Assembly: GCA_031426555.1 (NCBI GenBank)
Contig: JANPLN010000030.1
Coordinates: 13,125-77,124, forward strand
Length of the DNA: 64,000 nt
Direction of reading: 5' to 3'
From: Bdellovibrionales bacterium
GTDB lineage: Bacteria; Bdellovibrionota; Bdellovibrionia; Bdellovibrionales; JAGQZY01
A program made the position numbers and the translations under genes. Positions 35,726-46,270 of the stretch are shown here, one piece after another (the first letter of the stretch is position 1; each line of letters opens with the position of its first letter). Under the pieces are notes generated by a model, which searched no databases, was not told the DNA's origin, and worked only from the letters and a program-made list of their open reading frames with translations.

Positions 35726-36844
35726 TTATAGATGCACAAAATTAAAATCAGGGGCTGTCGACATCGGGTTTGGTTTTAAAAACGATGGCAGATCTTCTTC
35801 GGGGGCCAGGACCGAGTAGAAGCCGTAGGGCACTTTGGTGGAAAGAAACGTCAATGGGGCGCGGGTGGTGTAGTCGCCAAAATAATTGGTGTGGGCGAGG
35901 AGTTCGCCGCGAGCGGATTCTTCGTAGGCTTGGCACAACAACGAGTAAAACACTTCGTGGTTATCGGCTGCACAGTGAGTTAAAAAACTCAGCGAAAAAG
36001 TTTGATCCACAGCAGGCAACGGCTGCGAAAAGCCTAGCAGCGATGAAAGTTTGCTGGATTGATAAAGCAGTAAGCCTTCGGAGTGGTATTTTTTGGCGAT
36101 GACTTGTTGAGTGCTGCCACTATTCCAGGGAGCCACACAACCCACAATTTGTTCTTTTGAATTTCGCGCAATTAAAAAATTGTTTAAACTGAAGTCGGGC
36201 CAGGTTTTAAATTTTTGCTCCAATTGCTCGGGAGTGATATTAAAGTACAGCCGACTGCCGATCTTTTTTTGCATCATGTAGTTGCACAGCTCTTCCATAT
36301 CTTTTGGCAGAGCGTGACGAATGCGAATGGTGGGCATGGGGGCGGGCGACCACGGCCAGCGACCCAAAAAATAAATCATATTCACTTTGCGATAAAGATA
36401 GTAGTGCGGTAGTTGGCGACGAATTTTTCGCGGGCGTAAAAGCGCATTGTAAGCCTGGTTTTCAAACTGCTCGATGGCGGTAAAAACATAGCGACAGTTT
36501 TTTTCGGCAATTTTTTGATACAGATACGGAACAAAATGTTGAGCCCATTGGAGAACGGCAATCCGTTGGGGAGCAATTCGTAGATCACACAGATAGCCCA
36601 CAGTTTGCTCTTGGCGATTGAAGTAAGCGCGCTGAAAGCAGATGGTGGCTGCGCCAAGAAGAGTTTCGCTGTCGTCCATCAGTAGAACAGTGGTGAAGTC
36701 GTCGCTGAAGGTGCGATAGTGATTAAAAAAATTCCCCACGCGGTGAATAGAAAAATCAACGTGTCCATGGACGATCTGTTCTTCGTAAAATCTTTGCAGG
36801 AGAAGGGAGTGCTTCTCTTCGGCCTCGACCAGCTTGAGTTGCAT
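35726..36844 (-). CDS. Hypothetical protein, possibly tandem GNAT-like acyltransferase fold
   Basis: 372 aa. Two halves each show beta-alpha patterns reminiscent of GNAT/FemX-like folds (LLGAATICFQRAYFNRQEQTVGYLCDLRI... and IVGCVAPWNSGSTQQVIAKKY...). No catalytic motif was confidently identified. Confidence 0.3.
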   Translation of the reverse strand: MQLKLVEAEEKHSLLLQRFYEEQIVHGHVDFSIHRVGNFFNHYRTFSDDFTTVLLMDDSETLLGAATICFQRAYFNRQEQTVGYLCDLRIAPQRIAVLQWAQHFVPYLYQKIAEKNCRYVFTAIEQFENQAYNALLRPRKIRRQLPHYYLYRKVNMIYFLGRWPWSPAPMPTIRIRHALPKDMEELCNYMMQKKIGSRLYFNITPEQLEQKFKTWPDFSLNNFLIARNSKEQIVGCVAPWNSGSTQQVIAKKYHSEGLLLYQSSKLSSLLGFSQPLPAVDQTFSLSFLTHCAADNHEVFYSLLCQAYEESARGELLAHTNYFGDYTTRAPLTFLSTKVPYGFYSVLAPEEDLPSFLKPNPMSTAPDFNFVHL

Positions 36845-37408
36845 CTAATCTTTTTTCCAAACAACTTCGGCCACACCCAACTGGTGATTAAACGACCGCG
36901 CAAGCACAAAAAAGTAATCGTTCAGTCGGTTCAAGTAAGGGATGAGTTGCTCGGGTAGAGTTTCGGTTTCGGCCAAGGTACAGCACAGTCTTTCGGCGCG
37001 CCGGCAGATCGTGCGGGCCATGTGCGTTTGACTTGATAAAAGATGCCCGCCGGGAAGGATAAATTGTTTTAAGGGAGGAAGATCCTTCATCAGGGTGTCG
37101 ATTTCATGTTCGATGGCAAGGATGGTTTCGGCTTTGATGGTGGGAAGTTGCGCCGCGAGCTTTGGATCAGGGCATGCCAGCTGGCTTCCCAAGTTGAAGA
37201 GTTGATTTTGTGTTTTCGTGAGAAATGCATTTACACCCTCAAAGCCATAGGCTTGAAGTTCACTCAGCAGCACCCCAAGTGTGGAATTGAGTTCGTCGAC
37301 GGTGCCATAGCAGTCCAGTCGCACATGAGTTTTGCTCACACGCTCGCCATTGACCAGGCTGGTTGTTCCTTGATCGCCTGTTTTTGTGTAAATTTTCGGT
37401 GTACTCAC
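36845..37408 (-). CDS. ATP:cob(I)alamin adenosyltransferase, PduO type
   Basis: GTG start at 37408 with AAGGAG 7 nt upstream gives VSTPKIYTKTGDQGTTSLVNGERVSK...YGTVDELNS, the PduO/MMAB signature. The long N-terminal ORF extension to 38209 is antisense to the next gene. Confidence 0.85.
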   Translation of the reverse strand: MSTPKIYTKTGDQGTTSLVNGERVSKTHVRLDCYGTVDELNSTLGVLLSELQAYGFEGVNAFLTKTQNQLFNLGSQLACPDPKLAAQLPTIKAETILAIEHEIDTLMKDLPPLKQFILPGGHLLSSQTHMARTICRRAERLCCTLAETETLPEQLIPYLNRLNDYFFVLARSFNHQLGVAEVVWKKD

Positions 37409-37423
37409 GACAACTCCTTTGAG

Positions 37424-38245
37424 ATGATTATGAATGAAAATCACATAGGGAGGAAGCACAAAGTGCGAGCTTTTTTTGTTACCGTTCCGCACTCGGGCGA
37501 GATCATTCCGCCAGGCGCCGACTGGCTTCGGGGATTGCCCGAAGCTGTGGTGATGCGCGACGTGGATCGATTTGTGGATCAACTGTATCAACCAGTCATC
37601 ACGAAGTTGAAATTGCCCAATATTGTAGCGAAGTGCCATCGCTATGTGATCGACCTCAACCGCAAGCCCGATGAATTCGACACAGACTCTGTGGAAGGAG
37701 CTCCTCATATTGCGGGAACTCATCCCAAAGGTCTGCACTGGTCGGTGACAACCTTTGGCGAAAAGCTCATCACGAAACCAATGTCGAAAGATTTGCATGA
37801 GCTTTTTGTGCAACAGCATTATTTGCCATTTCATGAGTCTGTTGCGGAGATGGCGAAGGGTTTTAGCGCCCGGCCAGTTTATCACTTGGACTTGCACAGT
37901 ATGCCCTCCCAGGGAACGGTCCTGCACAACGATCCGGGAGCCCAGCGCGCCGATGTCGTGGTGAGTGATTTTCATGGAAAGAGCGCGCGCAAGGACTTTG
38001 TGGATATGATCATCGAGGCTTACCGAAGCACTGGATTGCAAGTGGCTTACAACTGGCCCTACTTTGGGGGCGGTATCACTCAGATGTACGGGCGACCTGA
38101 TCTGGGGCATCACACCGTGCAAGTCGAACTCAATCGACGCCTTTACATGGACGAAGCCACAAAACAAAAGAGCTCGCAGTTTGTTGAAACACAAAATAAA
38201 CTGACCCACGCCATGGAATTGATTTTCGCAAGCCTGCCAACTTAA
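37424..38245 (+). CDS. N-formylglutamate amidohydrolase family protein
   Basis: FFVTVPHSGEIIP ... HRYVIDLNRKP ... HLDLHSMP ... NWPYFGGGIT are FGase-family blocks. Start is ATG 37424 or 37430. Confidence 0.7.
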   Translation: MIMNENHIGRKHKVRAFFVTVPHSGEIIPPGADWLRGLPEAVVMRDVDRFVDQLYQPVITKLKLPNIVAKCHRYVIDLNRKPDEFDTDSVEGAPHIAGTHPKGLHWSVTTFGEKLITKPMSKDLHELFVQQHYLPFHESVAEMAKGFSARPVYHLDLHSMPSQGTVLHNDPGAQRADVVVSDFHGKSARKDFVDMIIEAYRSTGLQVAYNWPYFGGGITQMYGRPDLGHHTVQVELNRRLYMDEATKQKSSQFVETQNKLTHAMELIFASLPT

Positions 38246-38305
38246 GTCCTACAACACAGTGCGAATGCTGATGCTTTTTGTGACATTTGGCATTAGATTT
38301 TAAAC

Positions 38306-39676
38306 ATGACGTTTCGTAAAATTGTTCGCACCCTTGCGTCGCTGAAGTTCGCCGTGGCTGTCATTTTAGCAATCGCAACGTTGGTTGCCTGGGGAACCAT
38401 CGTTGAAGCCCAGTACATGGATGCCAAAATGGCTCAAGAGACCGTTTACCATGGATTGCTGTCTTATCTTATATTTGGATTATTTGCCGTCAATCTGACC
38501 TCTGTGATCATCGATCGCTATCCTTGGAAGCAACATCACATCGGTTTTATCTCGGCCCACATAGGAATTTTAATTCTTTTAGCCGGTTCGTTGGTGACGC
38601 GCTATTTGGGCATCGACGGAAGCATGACCATTGATCTCGGTGGAAAAAGTAAAATGATCACGGTTCCAGAAACCGACCTTGTGCTTTACACGTCTTTTGG
38701 AATGGACAGTTTTCAAAAGTTTCACGAGCAAAAAGTTAATTTTTTTTCCACTCCACCAACGGCCAAGAAGCCACTTAAAATTCCCTTGGCTTCGGGAGAC
38801 GTGATTTTTGACGATTTCTATCACTATGCGCTGGTGGACAGCAAAATCGTCCCCTCCGAGGAAAAAACCGACCCAGCGGGTGTGCGTTTGCAAATTAGCA
38901 ACGACCGCGTGAATCAAACTCAGTGGTTGTTGGGGAAAAAAAATCAGCCCAGCATACTGGCCTTGGGGCCGGCGACGATTGTTTTAACAACTCAACCGTA
39001 TGTCTATCTCGGCGGCAACGTCTTGGTGTTAATGCCGGTGGATGACGATCGAATCAGGTACCAAGTTTACAGCGATCGCTTACAAAAAAAAATAAACGAG
39101 GGCGAAGTCAAAGCGGGTAGCCAATTTGATCTGGGCTGGATGAATCTGCAGTTTCGCTTGTTAAAGTACATTCCACGGGCAAGGCAAGACATCACTTACA
39201 TGAAGCGAGAGCAAGCCTCCCCCGAAGCTGTGTCGGCCGTGCGTTTTACCTACAATGGCAAAACACAGTGGCTGGGTCTCAATTCGATGGTTCGCCTCTT
39301 TGGAGCTTCGGAAATGTACGTGCTCACTTACGGCAATCGCCAGCTTCCGTTGTCTTTTGAAATGGAATTGAAAAACTTTGATGTGGGTCGGTACCAGGGA
39401 ACCATGCGCGCGGCGAGCTATCAGAGCCTTGTTTACCTTTCTGATGAAGACCGCGAGGTTGTGATTTCGATGAACGAACCTCTTCAGCACAAGGGTTTTA
39501 CGTTTTATCAGGCGAGCTTTCAAGAAGACGCCATGGGAAAACCCACTGCCACCGTTTTGTCGGTGAACTATGATCCCGGTCGGTGGATTAAATACTTAGG
39601 TTCTTTACTTATTGTTTTTGGTGCAGTCCATTTATTTTATCGTCGCTGGAAAAAAGCGAGAGGTGCCTATGCGTAG
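38306..39676 (+). CDS. resB: Cytochrome c biogenesis protein ResB/Ccs1 (system II)
   Basis: LASLKFAVAVILAIATLVAWGTIVE... N-terminus, a large periplasmic domain, and a C-terminal block GFTFYQASF. The stop overlaps the ccsA start. Confidence 0.8.
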   Translation: MTFRKIVRTLASLKFAVAVILAIATLVAWGTIVEAQYMDAKMAQETVYHGLLSYLIFGLFAVNLTSVIIDRYPWKQHHIGFISAHIGILILLAGSLVTRYLGIDGSMTIDLGGKSKMITVPETDLVLYTSFGMDSFQKFHEQKVNFFSTPPTAKKPLKIPLASGDVIFDDFYHYALVDSKIVPSEEKTDPAGVRLQISNDRVNQTQWLLGKKNQPSILALGPATIVLTTQPYVYLGGNVLVLMPVDDDRIRYQVYSDRLQKKINEGEVKAGSQFDLGWMNLQFRLLKYIPRARQDITYMKREQASPEAVSAVRFTYNGKTQWLGLNSMVRLFGASEMYVLTYGNRQLPLSFEMELKNFDVGRYQGTMRAASYQSLVYLSDEDREVVISMNEPLQHKGFTFYQASFQEDAMGKPTATVLSVNYDPGRWIKYLGSLLIVFGAVHLFYRRWKKARGAYA

Positions 39677-41303
39677 TCGCAATTTATTGCTGGCTCTGTT
39701 CTTTTGTGTTTTTGCGTCGACCGCAGTACAAGCCGAAGAGTTTTCTATGGAAACCCTGCCAGTACAAAACGGGGGGCGCTTAAAACCTTTTGATACCTAC
39801 GCTCGCGAAACTCTCACTTTGATGTACGGTCGAAGTACGTATCGCCCCGCCGAGGACAAACCGGCCCATGATGCGAGCAAAATTGTATCAACCTGGATGA
39901 TGGTCCCTGAGGCGTGGGTGGCAAAGCCGTTTGTGCGTGTCGATCATTTTGGACTTAAAAAAGCTTTGGGCTTTCAAGAAGAGCAAAAATTTTTTAGCCC
40001 GGAGGAGATTTTAAAAAGTACGCGCTTCGGGGTGATTTTGAGTGAGCTCAATTCAAAACGACAACTCAAAGAAAAACTAAACCCCTTTGATCAAGCCGTG
40101 CAAAAACTCGAATCGCAAATGGGATTTTTTCACGAAGTCCGCATGGGAGCGCTTCGCATAGCGCCGAGCAAAGATCCCGCAGCCACGACATGGTTGAGTG
40201 TCGCCGAGCTCGATGCGACTCAAAAAGAACTGTTTTTTAACGTTCTCAAAGACTATTCGGCCACCTTCACTTTAGAGAGTGTTCCGCCCGAAGTTGTGCA
40301 AAAATCCAACGCGTCTGTGGCAGCATTTGTGGCGAGCATTCGCGCCAACAATCCAGTGCTCTATCCCGATGTTAAAAAAATGGCCACCGAGTTGCACTAC
40401 AATCAGTTTGCGCCATTTTTAAAAGCGGCCATGCTCTATGGAGTTGCCGTGCTACTTATGTTCTTTGGTCTTCTTTTTAATCGGCAATATTTTGCCACCG
40501 CAGCATGGGTATCCACTGGTTTGGCGTTTGTTCTTCACACCTATGGTTTTGCCCTTCGAGTGTATCTCACGGAACGGCCGCCGGTTTCGAATATGTTTGA
40601 AACCGTGATCTGGGTGGCGTGGGGCACGATCGTGTTCACCGCGTGGTTGAGCTTCGTTAAAAAGAAAAAATATATTTTATTATCTGGAACCCTCGTTGCC
40701 ACCTTAGCGATGATCGTGGCTAACAGCGCCCCTGCGATTTTGGATTCTACTCTGCAACCGCTCGAACCTGTTTTGCGCAGCAATCTGTGGCTCATCATCC
40801 ATGTGATGACGATCACGCTGAGCTACGCGGCTTTCTTTTTAGCTCTTGGAATTGGCAACGTGGCGCTGTTTCATGTAATCCGTGGAGCAAAAGTGCAATC
40901 CCAGGAAATCAACGACTACGTAGATACATGTTACAAAAGTTTACAAGTGGGTGTTGTGCTGCTGGCGGCAGGAACCATCCTCGGTGGCGTTTGGGCTGAC
41001 TATTCTTGGGGACGTTTTTGGGGCTGGGATCCTAAGGAAACGTGGGCGCTGATCGCGCTTCTCGGTTACCTGGCGCTGCTGCATGCGCGTCTTGGCGGGC
41101 TGATTAAAAATTTTGGAATGCTTGCGGGTGCCATTATCGCCTTCAACCTTGTTGTGATGGCTTGGTACGGTGTGAACTTTGTTCTCGGCGCGGGTCTGCA
41201 TACATATGGTTTTGGCGCCGGCGGGATTGAATATGTTGCAGCCTTTGTCGGCTTGCAATTGTTGTATGTAGTTTACGCCGGGTTGATGGTCAGACGATCT
41301 TAG
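39669..41303 (+). CDS. ccsA: Cytochrome c biogenesis protein CcsA/ResC (system II heme exporter/lyase)
   Basis: Start at ATG 39669 (signal-like MRSRNLLLALFFCVFASTAVQA). WWD heme-handling motif WGRFWGWDPKETWAL and conserved His residues in the flanking TM helices. Confidence 0.85.
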   Translation: MRSRNLLLALFFCVFASTAVQAEEFSMETLPVQNGGRLKPFDTYARETLTLMYGRSTYRPAEDKPAHDASKIVSTWMMVPEAWVAKPFVRVDHFGLKKALGFQEEQKFFSPEEILKSTRFGVILSELNSKRQLKEKLNPFDQAVQKLESQMGFFHEVRMGALRIAPSKDPAATTWLSVAELDATQKELFFNVLKDYSATFTLESVPPEVVQKSNASVAAFVASIRANNPVLYPDVKKMATELHYNQFAPFLKAAMLYGVAVLLMFFGLLFNRQYFATAAWVSTGLAFVLHTYGFALRVYLTERPPVSNMFETVIWVAWGTIVFTAWLSFVKKKKYILLSGTLVATLAMIVANSAPAILDSTLQPLEPVLRSNLWLIIHVMTITLSYAAFFLALGIGNVALFHVIRGAKVQSQEINDYVDTCYKSLQVGVVLLAAGTILGGVWADYSWGRFWGWDPKETWALIALLGYLALLHARLGGLIKNFGMLAGAIIAFNLVVMAWYGVNFVLGAGLHTYGFGAGGIEYVAAFVGLQLLYVVYAGLMVRRS

Positions 41304-41409
41304 GGCGTGCGAAGAGGCAGCGCCCGACGTTCTGAAAGTTTTTCTTTTCGAAAATATTCTGCATCTCAATCGCGCGTGCGGAAGATAGGGATGCTGAACA
41401 TTTATGAGC

Positions 41410-42258
41410 TTAGCGAACTTCGCAGATACGAACCTGACAGCGACCCAAGTTATTGCGCTTTTTAAGCTGATTTGTTTCGCTTTCGCTTAAACCTTCTCCA
41501 AGGACGTAACCGCTGCTATCAATAAGAATACGCGAGTACTGAGCACTTTTCTGCCAACCGACAATACACTGGTTGTTTTTTACGGATTCGTCCGCAAGGT
41601 ACCCATAGAAGTTGCTGGCGTCGATGGTGCCAAGAACTCTTCCTGTCGAATTTGTGACTTCACAGGTATCACGCACAGGAACGGGGATAGAAGCGATTGG
41701 CGGAAGTGGCCTGATAACAATTTGACCCTGGCCTGTAGATCTACCGAAATCAGTCAAACACTGTAACTTCTGACTTTCAGAATACAGTTGAGTACAGGCG
41801 CTGGTTTCAGCGGTGACATACTCTTTATTCGTAACAACCTTTAAACACTCTAATTTTTTAGATTCAGAATAAAAAGAAGTACAGACATTTAAGGCATTGG
41901 TGTCATAATATTTTTCAAGAACATTTGAAATACAGTCTATTTTTTTTCTTTCAGAGTAGAAACTTGAACACACAGCCATAGCCTCATTAGAAACGTACTG
42001 TGTGTTTGTGGCCAGCTTATGGCAGGCTTGAATATTGCTACTTGAGTAGAGCGACGAGCAAACTTGCATAACAGCAGTATTCGGTCCTGTGTGAGCAGAG
42101 AACTCATTCATGCAGGCTCTCTGGTCGTTGGGTGACAGCAGTCCACACACGAGTTGCATGACAATGTCGATGTCTGATTGGGCCTTAGCTGGTTGCGCGA
42201 TGGTCGCCATGGTTGAAAAGATCAGCCCGGCAATAGTGAGCTGTAAAAGACGCTTCAT
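41410..42258 (-). CDS. Secreted Cys-rich repeat protein (five ~30-aa C-x11-C modules plus C-terminal domain)
   Basis: Start at ATG 42258 gives signal peptide MKRLLQLTIAGLIFSTMATIAQPAKA. Repeats include VCSSLYSSSNIQAC, VCSSFYSERKKIDC, VCTSFYSESKKLEC and CTQLYSESQKLQC. No known family recognised. Confidence 0.6.
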   Translation of the reverse strand: MKRLLQLTIAGLIFSTMATIAQPAKAQSDIDIVMQLVCGLLSPNDQRACMNEFSAHTGPNTAVMQVCSSLYSSSNIQACHKLATNTQYVSNEAMAVCSSFYSERKKIDCISNVLEKYYDTNALNVCTSFYSESKKLECLKVVTNKEYVTAETSACTQLYSESQKLQCLTDFGRSTGQGQIVIRPLPPIASIPVPVRDTCEVTNSTGRVLGTIDASNFYGYLADESVKNNQCIVGWQKSAQYSRILIDSSGYVLGEGLSESETNQLKKRNNLGRCQVRICEVR

Positions 42259-42621
42259 AAAAACTCCTCTGGTTAATTGGTTCAAGGGCCTTTGAGCAAA
42301 AGTAGTACCAAAAGGAAACCAGCATATTGGATCTGATGAGTCGGAGGGCGCAAATCTGGGCAATAATGAGAGGAGTGTACTTATTTGTGTCACCGGTCAG
42401 TTGTTGGGTGGTGGTCAATAAGCTGTCGGTCGAAAGCCTATTTTTTAAGCGCAAGAGATGATTTCGCAGTGTGGCTTTGGTCGGCAAATTTCAATTCGTT
42501 TTCAAAAAAATATTTCCATTTTTCAGATATTTAGATAAGAATGCTTCACATATAAGTTAAAAAAATTTCGACTCGATGACTGAGAGCGTTCTGAATGCTT
42601 CAGCACGAGAGAGGAGAGCGA

Positions 42622-43188
42622 ATGTCGTTTCGACACCAAGCGAGGCTGGGGCAACTTCTAGCGGTCACTGTGGCACTGATTGTTGGGCTGACAAGTTGTA
42701 ACTGGAAACAATTCACGTGGGGACATATCGGCTACAATACGGGCTATGCTCCCAAGCAACCCATTCCATTTTCGCACAAGCTGCATGCGGGCGATAACAA
42801 GATTCAATGTTTGTACTGTCACACTAACGTTGAGTACGCAAAACATTCTGCCATACCAAGCTTAAACATCTGCATGAATTGTCACTTGCTTGTGGCCACC
42901 GACAAACCGGCGATTCAAGAGCTACAAAAAAAATATTTCGCCGGTGAATCTATTAACTGGGTGAAAGTACACATGCTGCCAGATCATGTAAAATTTAATC
43001 ATAAAAGACACGTGCATCGTTTTAGTCAGCCCGAAGATCGCTACGTGGCTTGCCAAAAGTGTCACGGCGAAGTTGCAAAAATGGATGTGATCGAGCAGAT
43101 CTCTAGCCTTTCAATGGGTTGGTGTATCGACTGCCATCGCAGCTCTGAGCCTAAAGGTCCTTTAAACTGTTCGACGTGCCACCACTAA
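42622..43188 (+). CDS. actA: Alternative Complex III subunit ActA (pentaheme cytochrome c)
   Basis: Five CxxCH motifs (CLYCH, CMNCH, CQKCH, CIDCH, CSTCH) and an N-terminal anchor. Start at ATG 42622 with GAGGAG upstream. Confidence 0.8.
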   Translation: MSFRHQARLGQLLAVTVALIVGLTSCNWKQFTWGHIGYNTGYAPKQPIPFSHKLHAGDNKIQCLYCHTNVEYAKHSAIPSLNICMNCHLLVATDKPAIQELQKKYFAGESINWVKVHMLPDHVKFNHKRHVHRFSQPEDRYVACQKCHGEVAKMDVIEQISSLSMGWCIDCHRSSEPKGPLNCSTCHH

Positions 43189-43195
43189 GGAGCGG

Positions 43196-46100
43196 ATGAT
43201 GGAAAATACACCTGTTGATACCCCAAATCAGTATTGGAAAAGTCTCGACGAAAAATATCAGACACCCGAGTTTTTAAAAACTCTGGAAAATGAGTTTGCG
43301 TCTTCACCACTAAAATCAGAAGACGGCCAAGACGGACTCGCCCGGCGCCAATTTATGAAACTGATGGGAGCCAGCGTGGCCCTTTCGGCTGCCGCCTGTG
43401 TTCGCCGACCCGTACAAAAAATCATTCCCTATAACAAGCGCCCCGCGGAGATCATTCCCGATCTTCCAAACTACTATGCATCGTCGTGGTTTGATGGAAC
43501 ACAGGGTTTAGGCCTGGTGGTCAAAACCCGCGAAGGTCGTCCGTTGTTTGTTTCGGGAAATGCAGAGCATCCATTAAATGGCCGTGGTCTCAGCGCCCGC
43601 GCCAGTGCGCATATATTAAGTCTTTACGATCCAGATCGTCTGAAGGGCCCCATCTTTAACTCAGTAAATCCCAAAAAGCGTCGCAACTCTTTGCGGGCCG
43701 ATGCAAAGTGGGAGCAGATCGATGCCAAAGTGGCAGCTCAGTTAAAAAAAGGCGACGTGGCTTTGCTGACTGCAAGTTACCCTTCTGAGCACACACAGAA
43801 TTTAATTTCTTCGTTCCTGGGAAAATTTTCCGGCAAAAAATATGTGTGGGACACAATGACCACGGAGAGTTTGCGTGAGGCGCAAAAGATTTCTTACGGT
43901 TCAGCCGTGGTTCCAAGCTATCATTTTGATAAATCACTTTTGACAGTGTCGTTAGATGCGGACTTTTTGGGAACTTATCTATCGCCTGTCCATTTTACAC
44001 GAAACTTTAATCTATCGCGAAACCCCGAAGGTAAAAAGATGGCAAAGCTCATCTCTTTCCATTCGGTGCCGTCGCTTACAGCTCTGAATGCCGATGATGG
44101 TTATCAAGTGGCCGCAAGCCAACAATTGGGCTTGGCCTTAGGACTTCTACAGCGCGTTCTCGCAGGCAAAGGCAGTGGGTTGACCGCCGAACTTAAAAAG
44201 TTTGCCCTCACCGACGAACAGCTCGGCTTCGAAAACGGAACATTGACCACGGTTGCAAAACAACTCCTCGAAAATTCGGGGGAGAGTTTAGTGATGGCCG
44301 GCGGAATCCAGTGCGAAACTGCCAACGCTATCAATCTTCAGTTGGTCGTGAACTGGCTCAACTCGGCTCTCGGCAACGAAGGCAAAACCATCACCGCGCA
44401 AAGTTCCTATCAAAGCCTCGAAGGTAAAACTGCGGACATCTTTGAGCTCATGAAGCAGATTGACGATGGAAAAGTAAAAACGTTGATCATTCACGATCTC
44501 AATCCCGTCTACAGTTTGCCAACCTCTTTAGGTTTTGAAAAGCGCCTCGACAAAGTGGAAATGGTTATTACGACTAGCAACTGGATGGACGAAACGTCTT
44601 ATTTAGCCAATGTTGTGGCGCCCGCCGGGCACCCCATGGAAAACTGGAACGAGTTTGAATTTGCAAAGGGCGTGCACACCATTCAGCAGCCAACAGTTCG
44701 TCCTCTAGGTGACACGCGAAGTTTTGAGGACAGCCTCCTCATGTGGGCGCAAGCCGCAGGTTCTGAAATCACTCCAGAAAAAACATTTTTCGAACTGCTC
44801 AAGAAAAAAGTTTCGGGCACCGTTGGCTCCGAAGCCGAATGGTTTGAGTATTTGCAAAAAGGTTTTCGCGGTCAGGTGGCTGAGGGTGGATCTGCCCGAG
44901 GCTTAAGCTCGGCAGCGGCCAGTCAAATTCAGCCGGTGGAATCTAAGGTCGAAGGTCTCGAACTCGTGATCTTTCCAACGGTGCACATGACCGATGGTTC
45001 ATTGGCCAACGTGTCATGGTTGCAGGAGCTTCCAGATCCCGTGAGCAAGATTGTTTGGGATAACGTATTAACCTTGTCGCCAAAAACTGCCAAAGACATG
45101 GGCATCAAAGATGGCACCGTTGTCACCGTCGAAGTGAATGGCGCCAGCTTAAAAGTTCCCGCATATATTCAGCCAGGGCAGTCGAACAAAGTCGCCGGTA
45201 TTGCCCTTGGTTATGGCCGCCAAGCGGGAATGGAGCTTGCAAAAAATGTGGGCGTGAATGCTGCGCAATTGATTCAAGCCATTGATGGAAAATTCCAGTA
45301 CGCTGGCCAATCTGTAAAGGTGACAAAGACGTCTGAAAAAATCGAACTTGCGATCACGCAAGGGCACAATTCCATGGAAGGCCGTCAGATTGTCGCTGAA
45401 TCCACATTCAAAGGCTACAAAGACGGCAAAACGGGAATTCATCGCCATCAAATCTTTAGTATCTGGGGCCAGCATAAGTATGATGGTCACAAATGGGGAA
45501 TGTCGATTGATCTCAACACCTGCACAGGCTGCTCAGCTTGTATGGTGGCCTGTCAGTCGGAAAATAACATTCCAGTCGTTGGTAAAAAGTATGTTCTGCA
45601 AGGTCGCGAAATGCATTGGATCCGCATCGATCGTTATTACAGCGGCAGCGAGGCCTCACCCGATGCGGTATTTCAACCGGTCTTGTGCCAACACTGCGAA
45701 AACGCTCCGTGCGAAACAGTCTGTCCAGTTTTAGCCACTGTCCATAGCGATGAAGGCCTGAACGACATGGTGTACAACCGTTGCGTGGGAACTCGTTACT
45801 GCTCTAACAACTGTCCTTATAAAGTCCGTCGCTTTAACTGGTTTTACTACGATGGACACCACCGCAAAGAAAATCTACATATGGCCCTCAACCCAGAAGT
45901 GACCGTGCGCACTCGTGGGGTCATGGAAAAATGTACGTTTTGCGTTCAAAGAATCAAAGACAGCAAAAACACAGCAAGGGATGAAAACCGCTCTCTGAAA
46001 GACGGCGACATCAAAACGGCCTGTGAAGAGGTTTGTCCAACAAGCGCCATCACGTTTGGTGATTTGAACGACAAAGACAGCAAAGTGAGTCAAATGTTTG

Positions 46101-46270
46101 CATCGCAGAGACAGTACACGCTACTCGAAGAAGTCAACGCAGCTCCGCGAGTGCGCTACATGGCAAAAATTCGCAACACGGATCGCGCCATGTCCAATGG
46201 TCACCACGGCGACGAAAAACATGCGCCTTCCCATGACGCTAAAGATTCAAATAAGGAAACACACACATGA
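43196..46270 (+). CDS. actB: Alternative Complex III subunit ActB (molybdopterin-oxidoreductase-like domain fused to 4Fe-4S ferredoxin domain)
   Basis: Tat signal [19 protein letters not shown]. The C-terminal part has multiple Cys clusters ([39 protein letters not shown]). Confidence 0.85.
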   Translation: MMENTPVDTPNQYWKSLDEKYQTPEFLKTLENEFASSPLKSEDGQDGLARRQFMKLMGASVALSAAACVRRPVQKIIPYNKRPAEIIPDLPNYYASSWFDGTQGLGLVVKTREGRPLFVSGNAEHPLNGRGLSARASAHILSLYDPDRLKGPIFNSVNPKKRRNSLRADAKWEQIDAKVAAQLKKGDVALLTASYPSEHTQNLISSFLGKFSGKKYVWDTMTTESLREAQKISYGSAVVPSYHFDKSLLTVSLDADFLGTYLSPVHFTRNFNLSRNPEGKKMAKLISFHSVPSLTALNADDGYQVAASQQLGLALGLLQRVLAGKGSGLTAELKKFALTDEQLGFENGTLTTVAKQLLENSGESLVMAGGIQCETANAINLQLVVNWLNSALGNEGKTITAQSSYQSLEGKTADIFELMKQIDDGKVKTLIIHDLNPVYSLPTSLGFEKRLDKVEMVITTSNWMDETSYLANVVAPAGHPMENWNEFEFAKGVHTIQQPTVRPLGDTRSFEDSLLMWAQAAGSEITPEKTFFELLKKKVSGTVGSEAEWFEYLQKGFRGQVAEGGSARGLSSAAASQIQPVESKVEGLELVIFPTVHMTDGSLANVSWLQELPDPVSKIVWDNVLTLSPKTAKDMGIKDGTVVTVEVNGASLKVPAYIQPGQSNKVAGIALGYGRQAGMELAKNVGVNAAQLIQAIDGKFQYAGQSVKVTKTSEKIELAITQGHNSMEGRQIVAESTFKGYKDGKTGIHRHQIFSIWGQHKYDGHKWGMSIDLNTCTGCSACMVACQSENNIPVVGKKYVLQGREMHWIRIDRYYSGSEASPDAVFQPVLCQHCENAPCETVCPVLATVHSDEGLNDMVYNRCVGTRYCSNNCPYKVRRFNWFYYDGHHRKENLHMALNPEVTVRTRGVMEKCTFCVQRIKDSKNTARDENRSLKDGDIKTACEEVCPTSAITFGDLNDKDSKVSQMFASQRQYTLLEEVNAAPRVRYMAKIRNTDRAMSNGHHGDEKHAPSHDAKDSNKETHT

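Noticed and set aside
37409-38209. A long minus-strand ORF (part of 36845..38209, 454 aa) lies fully antisense to the plus-strand ORF 37424..38245.
   Set aside because: Only the plus-strand product carries recognisable family blocks (FGase: PHSG, HRYVIDLNR, DLHSMP, NWPYFGGG). The minus-strand protein becomes recognisable (PduO adenosyltransferase) only from GTG 37408, which has its own AAGGAG. The upstream 800 nt is a shadow ORF.
41305-41385. A direct repeat, GCGTGCGAAGA / GCGTGCGGAAGA, and a GCGCCCGACG string after the ccsA stop could be a degenerate hairpin core.
   Set aside because: Similarity to the core motif is limited to about 10 nt and no inverted repeat is present. This is too weak to claim without a statistical scan.
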